Shown: piece by piece, positions 9,954 to 20,600 of the stretch
How the letters are laid out: each line of letters starts with the position of its first letter
Numbering within the stretch: the stretch's first letter is position 1
Origin: Nitrosopumilus sp.
Lineage (GTDB): Archaea; Thermoproteota; Nitrososphaeria; Nitrososphaerales; Nitrosopumilaceae
Length of the DNA stretch: 64,000 nt
Assembly (NCBI GenBank): GCA_965203315.1
Contig: CBDBCE010000004.1
Span: 64,001 to 128,000 of the forward strand
Reading direction: 5' to 3'
Position numbers and translations under genes: made by a program
Notes under the pieces: generated by a model
The model's input: only the letters and a program-made list of their open reading frames with translations
Database searches by the model: none
What the model was told of the DNA's origin: nothing

Positions 9954-9970
9954 CATTTAAAAACTATTGG
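9954..9970 (-). promoter_or_regulatory. TATA box (TTTTTAAATG) for the candidate RNA
   Basis: Centred about 26 nt upstream of a T-G initiator step at 9934/9933, the first base of the hairpin. Confidence 0.6.
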
Positions 9971-10234
9971 CTGTCAAATGTAGATCGTCTTAAACGAAGA
10001 TTGAGTAATACAAAAAGTCGTATGTTGTACAAAAAGTTGTTCACCTCTAGCCAAATGGCTAGGTCAAGCAGACAATTCGAGTTGCAGTGGAAATAAAGGT
10101 GTGTGGGTAAGAGGTGTTGAGACATATGGTTCACGCGTACAGACGCGAGATGCTACAATAGCGAATGCGATAGTAATATGTGCAATAATAGAGATACGGA
10201 AAACCAGTTGCAATACTTGTGGATCGTGGGATAC

Positions 10235-10409
10235 GGTTCTGTTCAATTGATGGGGGGTTGAGATCGTGATGACGTTATCTCAAAGAACGCACAATATGAG
10301 ACTCAACAGCAGAATTTACGATAGCCAGTATGGGACCGTTTCCATATTTTGCAAAACTTTTCGAGAATTTTGTGCAGAAAATGCTACCTCTTGTCAAGTT
10401 GAAAGAACC
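10235..10409. mobile_element. MITE family B, copy 1 (175 bp)
   Basis: TIR GGTTCTGTTCAATTGA / TCAAGTTGAAAGAACC; inverted homologue at 45497-45674. Confidence 0.88.
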
Positions 10410-10451
10410 TAAAAAACAGTTTAATATCAAAGGCTAGTATCTATTGTTATT

Positions 10452-10525
10452 GCAGTTATAGTATAGTTTGGTTAATATGCGAGCTTGCCAAGTTCGCGAC
10501 CCGGGTTCAAATCCCGGTAACTGCA
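10452..10525 (+). tRNA. tRNA-Gly(GCC)
   Basis: GCAGTTA/TAACTGC-A, anticodon arm CGAGC-TTGCCAA-GTTCG, T arm CCGGG-TTCAAAT-CCCGG. Confidence 0.96.
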
Positions 10526-10527
10526 TT

Positions 10528-10950
10528 CTATCTCTGTTCTAGCTCACGGCATATGATATCAAACGATCTTCTAATGTTATCGATTCGTGGCATCTGGATT
10601 GTAAATATATCCGATGTGTCGTGTTCGGAATTTGATGAGGCTATTCCAAGCATTCCAGACTTTGCAAAGGCGGCAAAAAAATCCAAATGCTGACTTGCAT
10701 CTATCAAAAACTCTTCGATAATATCAAACTCTGGAACAGTAAATTGTAGATCGACAAACACATGCCCTTCTTTATCATACATTACATTCATCTTGCCATC
10801 AACTTTGGTCATCTTGTGTTTGCATTGTGATACTATCTCATTCAATGTACTTGGATCTACAATTATGCATGGGATATCTATTCCATCTTGATCATGTATG
10901 GCAAGATCGTCATGTACGCGCTCACGCATTCTCTCTAGCTCATTTGACAT
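10528..10950 (-). CDS. Hypothetical protein
   Basis: 140-aa ORF overlapping the antiporter stop codon. Confidence 0.7.
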   Translation of the reverse strand: MSNELERMRERVHDDLAIHDQDGIDIPCIIVDPSTLNEIVSQCKHKMTKVDGKMNVMYDKEGHVFVDLQFTVPEFDIIEEFLIDASQHLDFFAAFAKSGMLGIASSNSEHDTSDIFTIQMPRIDNIRRSFDIICRELEQR

Positions 10951-12277
10951 CTCTATTCTCCAATGCTGGAATGATCTTGCTACCAGCTTTCATCAAAAAC
11001 GGGGACAAAAATGCAGTAATTATACATATGACTCCAATCAATGGAAATAGAAACGCGCTCACTACTCCAATATCCACTCCAAGCTTTACTATTATGATTG
11101 AAAACTCTCCGCGTGGTGCAGCTAGTGCAAACGCAGGACGTAATGACTTTGACTTTTGTTGCCTAAATAGAATACCTCCTAGAATACTTCCACCAAACTT
11201 GACGCCGGTCGCGACAGCTATGAGTATGATGGCAATAACAATATAATTTTCTAGAAATGATATATCCATCAATGCCCCTGTTGATATGAAGAATATTGCA
11301 ACAAACATGTCCTTTATAGGACTAGATATCAGTTTGGCAACTTCTGCTGATTTGGACTCTGCTACTAGTACGCCTGCTAGAAATGCTCCTATGGCCACCG
11401 AGAGTCCTACAATATTTGAGAGAAACGCATATCCAAAACAGACTCCTAAAACACTGAGTAATAAAATCTCACGGTGCTCAGATGCTGCAGCTTTATCTAT
11501 CAATTTGGGAATAGTTTTAGTTCCAATCGTAAACGTTCCTGCGATAAGTCCAATTGCGACTAAAATTACAACAACGATAGACTCTATCGATACTGTCTCA
11601 ACTAGAGCTACAGATTGTAGTGACGACAACAAGATTACCGCTATGACGTCTTCAACTATGAGGATTCCTAGTATGAGAATAGAAGACTCGTGTTTGATTC
11701 TTCCCATCTCTTCTAACAACTTTACAATTATTGCTGTACTTGTTATGGACAGTGCTGCACCAATAAACAACGAATCCATAAATCCCATCCCAAGTGCACT
11801 TGCGACATAAAATACCGCTCCCAGTGTTGTAACGAGCCCAACGGTTCCTATTCCTACTGCGACACGACCAATGCTACGAATCTTTGCATACGGAAATTCT
11901 ATCCCGATCACAAATAATAACAATATTACACCAATCTCTGCAAAGAGATTTAGACTAGAGATATCAGATAGTATGCCAACTCCCAAACTATCTATCGCTG
12001 GATTGTCTGGTAAAATCCATGACCAAAAAGGTGAGAGAGGACCAATCAACATACCTGCAAATAGATATCCTATGATGAGTGGCTGTCGTATCTTAAAGAA
12101 TGCTAGTGTGACGACTGCGCCGATGATCATGATAAACGCAAGATCTGTAACAAAGCTGGTGTGTCGAAGTTCGGGTGTTATCTGATCTATGATGGTATTT
12201 ACTGTATTGTTTAATGAACTCTGAATTCCATCCGAACTAAGTTGCAACGATAAATCTTGCATACTTTGATTTGTCAA
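10940..12277 (-). CDS. CPA2 family cation:proton antiporter (Kef/NapA-like)
   Basis: Many TM helices; GYLFAGMLIGP, LLLFVIGIE, SITSTAII, IVEDV, GAFLAG, RGEFS. Confidence 0.92.
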   Translation of the reverse strand: MTNQSMQDLSLQLSSDGIQSSLNNTVNTIIDQITPELRHTSFVTDLAFIMIIGAVVTLAFFKIRQPLIIGYLFAGMLIGPLSPFWSWILPDNPAIDSLGVGILSDISSLNLFAEIGVILLLFVIGIEFPYAKIRSIGRVAVGIGTVGLVTTLGAVFYVASALGMGFMDSLFIGAALSITSTAIIVKLLEEMGRIKHESSILILGILIVEDVIAVILLSSLQSVALVETVSIESIVVVILVAIGLIAGTFTIGTKTIPKLIDKAAASEHREILLLSVLGVCFGYAFLSNIVGLSVAIGAFLAGVLVAESKSAEVAKLISSPIKDMFVAIFFISTGALMDISFLENYIVIAIILIAVATGVKFGGSILGGILFRQQKSKSLRPAFALAAPRGEFSIIIVKLGVDIGVVSAFLFPLIGVICIITAFLSPFLMKAGSKIIPALENRDVK

Positions 12278-12347
12278 CTCAACTTAAAACAATTACTAGT
12301 AGTGATCTAATGACTAGCCTATTATTGACATCTTGTACATGAATTAC

Positions 12348-12413
12348 TGCAGAGTGATGAATAGGTCTACTGAATATGCTATGTGGATATATGACCTGGG
12401 GTATCTGACTGCA
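12348..12413 (+). ncRNA. Candidate box C/D sRNA
   Basis: Terminal stem TGCAG/CTGCA, box C GTGATGA 12354-60, D' CTGA 12370-73, degenerate C' ATATGA, D CTGA 12405-08, then TTTTT. Confidence 0.72.
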
Positions 12414-12622
12414 TTTTTGAATTATTTCACAATAACCTACAACTTAATAGTACGGTAATATACTGTAGTATATGATCAAATGTGGCTACTGTAACAAGAG
12501 GTTTGTCAAGACAACAAATCTCTTGATCGAGAAGACGATCCATGAATTACTACATGGTGCTAAAGTCGTAAACAAATGATCTCAACCTAACTTTTTTATC
12601 ATCAGGTATATCATATACTTGT

Positions 12623-14047
12623 ATGGTAGCCAAGAGCACAAAGACCAAATCTACCAAACCCAATACAAGATCTAAATCTACTACCAAATCTGCTAAAACA
12701 ACTAGTACGAAACGTGAGCCAACTCCTGCTGCTATATTAAAAAAAGTAGCTACAATATCTGACTCGAACAAAACTCTTCAAAAAGAGATCAAGTCTATGA
12801 CAAAGATCTTTGGTGAGAATCAAAAAGTTCTAGTCGCAATGAAAGGAATGATCGATACCCTCGTATCAACCCTTGAAGAGATCCAAAAACAGTCAAGGCA
12901 GATCAATAATATCGAGATTGACACACAAAAGATGTATTCTGATTTAAACCAAGTTAGAGCTCAATCCAATATCATCGCCAAACTCAACACCCAGACTGCA
13001 AAACTACAAAATGACTTACAAAAGATAACCGAGGAACAGCGAGCTATCAAATCATCCAAACTAGTATCACGAGTAGAAGAGAGTACAAACTCGATTAAAA
13101 ATAACTCTCAAATGATAATCAAGGTTGGACAGTACGTCGATGAGATTAGAGACAACTTGCGCACTGTAACTAAAAAGACAGATCAAGTTCTTGAAACAAA
13201 ATCTGATCTAGACAATCTTCGCTCCTCAATAAACGAGATTGCATCAAAGACATCAAAGATGGATGCTACTAGTCAAGTGGTTGAGAGCTTGCGACAAGAG
13301 CTGGGAGATATTGCATCAAAGATAACTGCACATGACAATCTTGTATCTGATCTAACTGCTATCAAAGTGATGATAGATTCGCTAGCGTCGAAAGCATCAA
13401 AGATCGATTCGGTTGGTCTTGTAATGGACTCATTAAAGCAAGAGTTTGCTACGATATCATCTGATGCCATCTCTGCCAAGAACCAAAACTCTAACGCAAT
13501 AGACGAGCTAGGCAGCAAGATAGACAAGATCGAATCCGACATAAGTACAGTATCTAGCACACTCAAAAAACAAGACGAGTCAGTCACAGAATTTCACAAT
13601 ATCTCAAACCAACTAAAAGAGGATATCAAAATATTACATAACGTAACATCAAAGTCATCCGACACCTCTTCAAAGGAGATGATGGCGCTCCTACGACTAG
13701 CCGAGTATCAATCATCGATGCGGATGAATGGAGAATCAAAGTATGGTAATACATCTGATCTTGAAAATATGGCAAAACAGACAGTTGCGATAGCAACTCT
13801 CTTCGACAAGGTATCTGAAGAGTCTAATCAACAATTACCACTTCCAGATGAGGTACAACGGTGGGCAGTATCGAAGATTCTAGATTGTGCTGACAAATGG
13901 GATGTTCGATTTAGTGATGTGTATAATATACTTGCAAACACACTCGGACGTGACATGTTAAAAGATGTAATACGAATATCTCAAGTTCGAGACATCTATG
14001 GAATTCGTGCACTAGATGAGCTAAGGCAAGACCTAAACATGCCCTAG
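12623..14047 (+). CDS. Long coiled-coil protein with Lys/Thr/Ser-rich basic N-terminal tail
   Basis: Heptad-rich ~300-aa central region and a globular C-terminus. Confidence 0.8.
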   Translation: MVAKSTKTKSTKPNTRSKSTTKSAKTTSTKREPTPAAILKKVATISDSNKTLQKEIKSMTKIFGENQKVLVAMKGMIDTLVSTLEEIQKQSRQINNIEIDTQKMYSDLNQVRAQSNIIAKLNTQTAKLQNDLQKITEEQRAIKSSKLVSRVEESTNSIKNNSQMIIKVGQYVDEIRDNLRTVTKKTDQVLETKSDLDNLRSSINEIASKTSKMDATSQVVESLRQELGDIASKITAHDNLVSDLTAIKVMIDSLASKASKIDSVGLVMDSLKQEFATISSDAISAKNQNSNAIDELGSKIDKIESDISTVSSTLKKQDESVTEFHNISNQLKEDIKILHNVTSKSSDTSSKEMMALLRLAEYQSSMRMNGESKYGNTSDLENMAKQTVAIATLFDKVSEESNQQLPLPDEVQRWAVSKILDCADKWDVRFSDVYNILANTLGRDMLKDVIRISQVRDIYGIRALDELRQDLNMP

Positions 14048-16101
14048 TGTTCTTGCTGAAATTGTTCGCGTTTCTTCTTTAACGCAACAAATATGCCAAT
14101 TATCCCAACCAACCAGATCGTTCCAAATATCATATTTGCAATACTGATATACATGTAAGGAGTTGCATCTAGTATATTCTCGCGAATCAGTATCGCTCTA
14201 GAACTGATATCTAACATTCCAGTATGAAAGTCTGAACTCTCTTCTCCAACATTTGATATTCTAGCAACGCTGACAACCATAGTCTCTATATCTTTCTGTA
14301 TGCGAACAAAGTTGGTTGACTCTGTAGAAAAGATCCAGACCGGATTCTGAGACAGTTGACCTTCAGAGTTGGTCGTTTGTGGAAGTTTCTCCAAAACAAT
14401 GTCCATATCTTTTTGGATCGCGGCTAGATGCATGCTAATCGCAACTGGATCAGACGATGCGACTATTCCGTCTAAATGTCCACGTATTCTGTCTAGTGGA
14501 TAGATATCGGCATTGTACCCAGATATGACCATGTATACACCAAATATGATGATTCCGATTATTCCGATCATCGCAAGTTTGTAGATATTGTTTGCCATCT
14601 TTTCCTTCTTGGTCATTACTGTTTTTGTACTTGATTTATTTCTTTTAAATCGAGTATGACTAAAACTCATCAATGCAATATACAAAAATCCCACAGTCTG
14701 TAGTCCTATTATTGGTACAAAGACAGGATTTCTTGTGACGATCGCGATAAATATTCCAACTATGCCATAGATTCCAAAAAAGATCTCTAAAAGTGTCACT
14801 TGGGTAAAAGGTAGATTATACGCGTTTTCTTTCCAGTCGTTCTTTGTCCTTAGTATGCCGTATTTGGGTGTGCGAAGAAACTCATTTCTCTTTCCTAATA
14901 CGGCATCAAATACCGCAACTGTGTTGTTTACAGATAGACCAGCATTGTATATCAGTAGAGCTGGTAGTATCTTTATTCTAGACTTCCATGACTTTTGATA
15001 CATCTGTTGTATGATCATGATGTATGCGCCGGGTCCCATAGCAAGATATATGCAGACTGTAAGTGCCGGTATGAAACTTAATAGATATACGTTTATGTCT
15101 CCTGCAAGTAGAATCGGTAGCGCCAAGAATTGAATTAACATTAATGGATACACAACATGGCGTGTAGTTTGAACAAATGCCTGTATCTTTGTATCTACCG
15201 CAAGATTACGTTTTACGATGATATCTGAGAGTAGCTTTATTGCACATTGGATAGATCCCTTTGCCCATCGAAACTGTTGCCTCTTTGCTGCATTGATCTG
15301 AACTGGCAACTCTGCATCTACTACAATATCTGGTACAAATACACACTGCCAACCTCTCATCTGCGCTCGATAACTTAGATCTAGATCTTCAACTAGAGTT
15401 GCTGTGTGCCAACCGCCCGAGTCTTCGATACAGTCACGTCTCCATACACCTGCTGTTCCATTAAAGTTCATAAATAGATGCGAATTGCTCTTTGCTTTCT
15501 GTTCTATTAGAAAATGAAAGTCTAGGCTTAGTGCTTGTGCTTGTGTTATTGCGGAATAGTTTTCGTTTACATGGCCCCATCTGCATTGAACTAGACCAAT
15601 CTTTGGTTTTGCAAAGTATGGTATAGATCGTTTTAGGAACCATCTTGGTGGAATAAAGTCTGCGTCAAAGATTGCGACAAGTTCCGTATCTGTTGTCTGC
15701 ATTGCATACTTTAATGCACCTGCCTTGTATCCTGTTCTGGTCCCGCGTCTAATATGTTCTATGTTGAATCCTTGTTGCTTGTAGTCTGTTACTGCATCAG
15801 ATAAGATTTGGACTGTCTCGTCGTCAGAGTCGTCTAGTACCATTATCATCATCTTCTCTTTAGGATAGTCTAAATTACATACGGCATCAACTAGTCTCTT
15901 TGCTACGTATTTTTCATTGTATACTGGTAGCTGTATTGTAATTGATGGATCGCCTAACTCTGTGGTACTGAGTTTGACCATTCGTTTCCCTGATAGATAT
16001 GCAAGATAGTAAAAGTTGCACGTATATGCGGTTATGATTATAGCTGAGAATAGAAAGAGACTAAGAACAAACTGCATCAAAGGACTAACTACTGGCTCCA
16101 C
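14044..16101 (-). CDS. GT2 processive, cellulose-synthase-like glycosyltransferase
   Basis: QLPVYNE, DDS, YKAGAL, DADF, FNGTAG, VEDLD, QQFRW (QxxRW), multiple TM helices. Confidence 0.92.
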   Translation of the reverse strand: MEPVVSPLMQFVLSLFLFSAIIITAYTCNFYYLAYLSGKRMVKLSTTELGDPSITIQLPVYNEKYVAKRLVDAVCNLDYPKEKMMIMVLDDSDDETVQILSDAVTDYKQQGFNIEHIRRGTRTGYKAGALKYAMQTTDTELVAIFDADFIPPRWFLKRSIPYFAKPKIGLVQCRWGHVNENYSAITQAQALSLDFHFLIEQKAKSNSHLFMNFNGTAGVWRRDCIEDSGGWHTATLVEDLDLSYRAQMRGWQCVFVPDIVVDAELPVQINAAKRQQFRWAKGSIQCAIKLLSDIIVKRNLAVDTKIQAFVQTTRHVVYPLMLIQFLALPILLAGDINVYLLSFIPALTVCIYLAMGPGAYIMIIQQMYQKSWKSRIKILPALLIYNAGLSVNNTVAVFDAVLGKRNEFLRTPKYGILRTKNDWKENAYNLPFTQVTLLEIFFGIYGIVGIFIAIVTRNPVFVPIIGLQTVGFLYIALMSFSHTRFKRNKSSTKTVMTKKEKMANNIYKLAMIGIIGIIIFGVYMVISGYNADIYPLDRIRGHLDGIVASSDPVAISMHLAAIQKDMDIVLEKLPQTTNSEGQLSQNPVWIFSTESTNFVRIQKDIETMVVSVARISNVGEESSDFHTGMLDISSRAILIRENILDATPYMYISIANMIFGTIWLVGIIGIFVALKKKREQFQQEH

Positions 16102-16141
16102 GTTCTCTTGACACTATTCTTTGCTATTTATATTTGAAATA

Positions 16142-17089
16142 CTATTTTTGCTCAAATATCTTAATTGCTTGAGGTGGACATACTCCTTCACACGCAAGAC
16201 AAAAGATACAGTCAGGTTCTTTAGACATTAGTGGTTTCTTTTCTGATGCAGGATTACCTGGCGTATCAAACCATTCGTATACGCTTACTGGACATGCTTC
16301 TATACAACCTCCATCTGCCACACAAATATCATAATCTACCGAGACAAACTCTCCCCAGACTCCCATTATTCCGTTGTTGGTTCCCTTTCGTCCCCACGTC
16401 TTGATAGTGTGTTCTGGAGCTTCGTATGATGCAGACGGTTTCATCTTTGACTTGTAATCTACATCTATTGGACCTGGCTTTGCACCATCTGGAATCTCAA
16501 TCTCTCCTTCGTCTTCCTCGATATCTTCTTCACTGGCCTCTATCGGTTTTGGCTTTGCACCGAGAACAATCTTTGCTAGTGGTGTAAGCTCTTCAAGCCT
16601 CTGAATTGCTGCAACCTCTGATATCTTTTCTGCCTTTACTAAATACGAGATCATCTTGTCGGCAAGTATCGTATTTCTCAAGATAGTGTCGATTACCATC
16701 TTTGCAAAGTGATCGGCTTTTTTCCGATAGTCTTTGACCCAGTTGGGATCTCCAAACTTTTCTATTGGAAATATTTGATATATTATGTCAACCACTTCGC
16801 CTGTAACGATCTCAACCGTAACGGAGAGCTCGACTTTTTCATATCCTTTCTCATAAGGATCATCTGTCTTTTGTTCTGTCCAACGATATGTGGCAAAAAT
16901 TCGATCTGCATACATATCCATCTCAAATGTCTTTTTTAGACCATCATGAACTGATCTAAGTTCGTTTGGTTCATCAAGCTTTACCGGCAGTCTGTATAGT
17001 CCGAGCTTGAATCCATGTAATGGATATACGCCACGTTTTGCTGTCGGTGCCTCCATAGACCAGACTCGATCTTTGAGTAATAATGACAT
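16142..17089 (-). CDS. Fe-S ferredoxin (C-terminal dicluster domain) with a large N-terminal extension
   Basis: CVADGGCIEACP and CIFCLACEGVCP motifs. Confidence 0.88.
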   Translation of the reverse strand: MSLLLKDRVWSMEAPTAKRGVYPLHGFKLGLYRLPVKLDEPNELRSVHDGLKKTFEMDMYADRIFATYRWTEQKTDDPYEKGYEKVELSVTVEIVTGEVVDIIYQIFPIEKFGDPNWVKDYRKKADHFAKMVIDTILRNTILADKMISYLVKAEKISEVAAIQRLEELTPLAKIVLGAKPKPIEASEEDIEEDEGEIEIPDGAKPGPIDVDYKSKMKPSASYEAPEHTIKTWGRKGTNNGIMGVWGEFVSVDYDICVADGGCIEACPVSVYEWFDTPGNPASEKKPLMSKEPDCIFCLACEGVCPPQAIKIFEQK

Positions 17090-17132
17090 CTACATCTTAC
17101 TTTGCCAGTTTTATTTAAAAAGGTTTCAGATT

Positions 17133-17246
17133 GGTTCTCTTCGATTTATGTGGGATGCATTTTACAAGACTTTTCCTAAATCTTCCATACAGAATTTTGC
17201 GTGCTTTTTCTGTGAAAATTCTATTCCGCATAAATCGAAGAGATCC
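17133..17246. mobile_element. MITE family A, copy 2
   Basis: GGTTCTCTTCGATTTATGTGGGAT ... TTCCGCATAAATCGAAGAGATCC. Confidence 0.85.
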
Positions 17247-17615
17247 TTCAGATTATCTCTCTATTGCGGGAATTGATGATCTTTTATCTGTGTGATTCAA
17301 TCGACATCATGCTTTGATGATCTAAACGTGTTTGATATAGGCGATTAGTTATCAATTGCCCCCAAATGACCCTTGAACTACGTACGAATTTAATGTCCGA
17401 AATCCGTCAAAAAATGAAGAGATGCGTCAGTAACTGATTGAAAGTCAATCGATTCTATCTCAACATGTTCGAATTTCGTATCTGTTTTACCGTGTTATCG
17501 ATCAGCAGGTTTGGGGGCTTGATATCCCACATCGCCTTTTTTTTATGTACATGTCGTGTCGACTCGATATCGTACTTGCGAGTACTTGCCACAAGTTGAA
17601 TAGCATACAAGATAC

Positions 17616-17648
17616 TTTTATAAGATACGGGGGGGGGGGGGATAATTA
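17616..17648 (+). promoter_or_regulatory. TATA box followed by a G13 homopolymer (17629-17641)
   Basis: TTTTATAAG-ATAC-G13-ATAATTA-TTG start. Confidence 0.8.
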
Positions 17649-20600
17649 TTGAGTAAACGTCGTCTAATGCCTATTCTAGCTTTGATAACAGTTGTACCGT
17701 TTCTGGTGGTTGATCTAGACGATGCGTTTGGGGCGGTTATACCTCCACTTGATTATCCTGCCATATCGAGTTTAGGTCATCCAGGAGGTTTACGTTCTGA
17801 TATTCACTCTAGCGGAATCCCACTTGTCAAACATAGCAACAATAGCGCAACTATTAATCTTGACACATCTTATGATCACTATAGAATTGACCCTGTCTAT
17901 CAACCTGAAGGAGATATTACAATAGACAAGGTCACAATGATACTACCAAACCCTAAATTGACATCAATTGGCTGTACAGTCAAGTTTGGAGTAAACAACG
18001 TTGGTGCCAATCCATCTAATGCAATTCACGAGTATGCTAAACTACCTACTAATGTCGATGGTAGCATCTATACCAATTTAGCTGAAAGCGATGTTAAAGT
18101 AATCGGTGTAGACTTTAAAGACTATTCCTCTGGCTGCGACGTCTCTACTCTTACCACTGCAAACTCTACAAATGAACCACTACTCACAGACAAATCTATG
18201 AGAGTTACCATTTATGGTCAGGCTGGCAAAAAGGCGTTCTTTTCCTCACACTTTGAAAATATCACCAAGGCTCAACTGATCCCAGAGTGTACTAGTGCAA
18301 ACTTTGACAACAGTACCAAACAACTCAAAGGACAAACTCGTATGTGTTCTGGTACGTATAACAATGATCTAGTCATAATAACAACGCAAATAGGAGAGTA
18401 TGGTGCTACTAGTACAATTCTTCCGCCCGATACACTGCCTATAATACCGCCTAGCAGTTTCCCTACCACAGTTACTACATCTCGTATACCGTTGTCAAGT
18501 GCAGCTAGCAGCGACAATGCAACAATTGGCAGTACCAATAACACTCGATATCAGATAGATGGTACTCTTACTCAAGCACAGGTCAAGGCCGGTGATATCT
18601 ATATGCAAGGTACAACAACGATACTCTCAAATCCATTCTTTACCGGAAAGAGTTACTCTTGTAATTTCGAGGCACTCTCGATCCATGCTCAAGGTGCGTG
18701 GCGAGGAGGTAATTTTGATTACCCTGCTAATATACAACCAAAAGGTAACGCAAACAATCCTGCATCGCTGTCATTTAATGGACTTGGTAATTGTGCATTT
18801 TGGTCTCCTACACACTCGATGATAACAGACAAAGAGATGCGAATCACCATATACGACAAGTCAGGCAGTAAAGCATGGTATCTATCCCCTAGTCAGAACA
18901 TAACACAAGCGCAACCAATTCCTGCATGTACAACCGAGACACTTGACACAAGCGACAATACTCTCAAAGGCAACACAAAGATGTGTTATGGTGTGTATAG
19001 TGATCATTTGATAATTGTTACAAAGAGATTCATTGGAGCTTATGGATCTGCTACTACGATCACACCACCACAGAATCCCGTAGATCTTGATCTAGTATAC
19101 CCAATCCCTCCAGGTACACTGTCCATACCACCACCTAGTGGTTTTCCTACTTCCCTTACTAGTAGTGATGCTCCATACATGTCAGCTCAACTAGCTAGCG
19201 ACAATGGAACAATTGGTGCTACCAGCCCCAAACGATATCAGATAGATGGTAATCAAAACGTACCGGTCAGGGCAGGCGATATCTACATACAGGGTACCAC
19301 AACGATACTCTCAAATCCATTCTTTGTAGGAAAGGGTTACACATGTCCTTTTAATATATTCTCACTCCATACTGAACGCACTTTTCACGGAGGTGGTTTT
19401 GCTTATCCGACCAATGTACAACCGACAGGTAATGCAACCAATCCTGCATCACTGACATTTCATGGAGACTCTACTTGTGCAAACTGGTCTCCAACACATC
19501 CAATGATCACAGACAAAGAGATGCGAATCACTCTAGACAATAAAACAGGCAGTAAAGCTTGGTATGCGTCACCTCGTCAAAACATAACAGAAGCGCAACC
19601 AATTCCTGCATGTACTACCGATACAATAAATGTCAGTACCGGTAAACTCAAGGGCAACACAAAGATGTGTTATGGTGTATACGAAGGTGAACTGATCATC
19701 ATAACCAAGAGATTCTTGGGATACTATGGATCTGCTGATACAATCACGACACCACAGAATCCAGTTGACCTCGATTCCGACAGACCTACGCTTGCACCCA
19801 CAACACCAGATCCAGGCAGTTCAGGCACATTAACAATACCACCACTAACCAATTCGAGCAGTTCTTCTGCAATGAATTTTGATTCAGACACAGAACACGA
19901 TGGTTCGATATACTATGATGGCGACTCTAAAAGATACACAGACGAAAGTGGCAACGATGCTACCGCTGATCTCTATGTGGCACGAGGTACTGAGACACTC
20001 CCACGCGCTCTATTTGAAGGCACTGGTGATTATCAGTGTACTGGAAATTTTGAACGTGTTGAATTCCTCGGCAAAAAGCGTGTTCCAGGCTTTGCCATAC
20101 CAGATAATGTAACTCCTGATAAAAAGAAGCAACTAGCTGCATATGGACTAGACTTTTACAACAATACAGTATCATCAACAACATCATGCAGACCAAATCC
20201 TGAAGCCGTCTCTGATCAAACACTGATAACCGACACTGCACTGCGAATCACCATATACGGCAAGGCAGACAAAAAGCCTATCTACTTTTCACCACGTGAC
20301 GGAATACTCAAAGCTCAACCAATACCTGCATGTACAACTGACATGATCGACACAAGTAACAACAATGCTCTCAAAGGCGGCAATACTGTATGTTATGGCG
20401 TACACGGTAATGACATGGTAATCATAACAAAACGACTGACTGGGTTTTATGGTGCTGCAGACAGCGTTACAACACCCGCAAATCCTATAGACCTCAATCC
20501 AGCTACAGTCATTAATATCGATCCAAAGATATTGTCTATACCATCGGTAACCGAAACGAAACGTTATAGTCAAGCGACTTTTCAGTCAAATTCAGCTAAT

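Noticed and set aside
9836-10096. 86-aa ORF as a protein antitoxin for DUF3800
   Set aside because: Reads through the hairpins and the - strand promoter with no protein-like features; the RNA explanation fits better.
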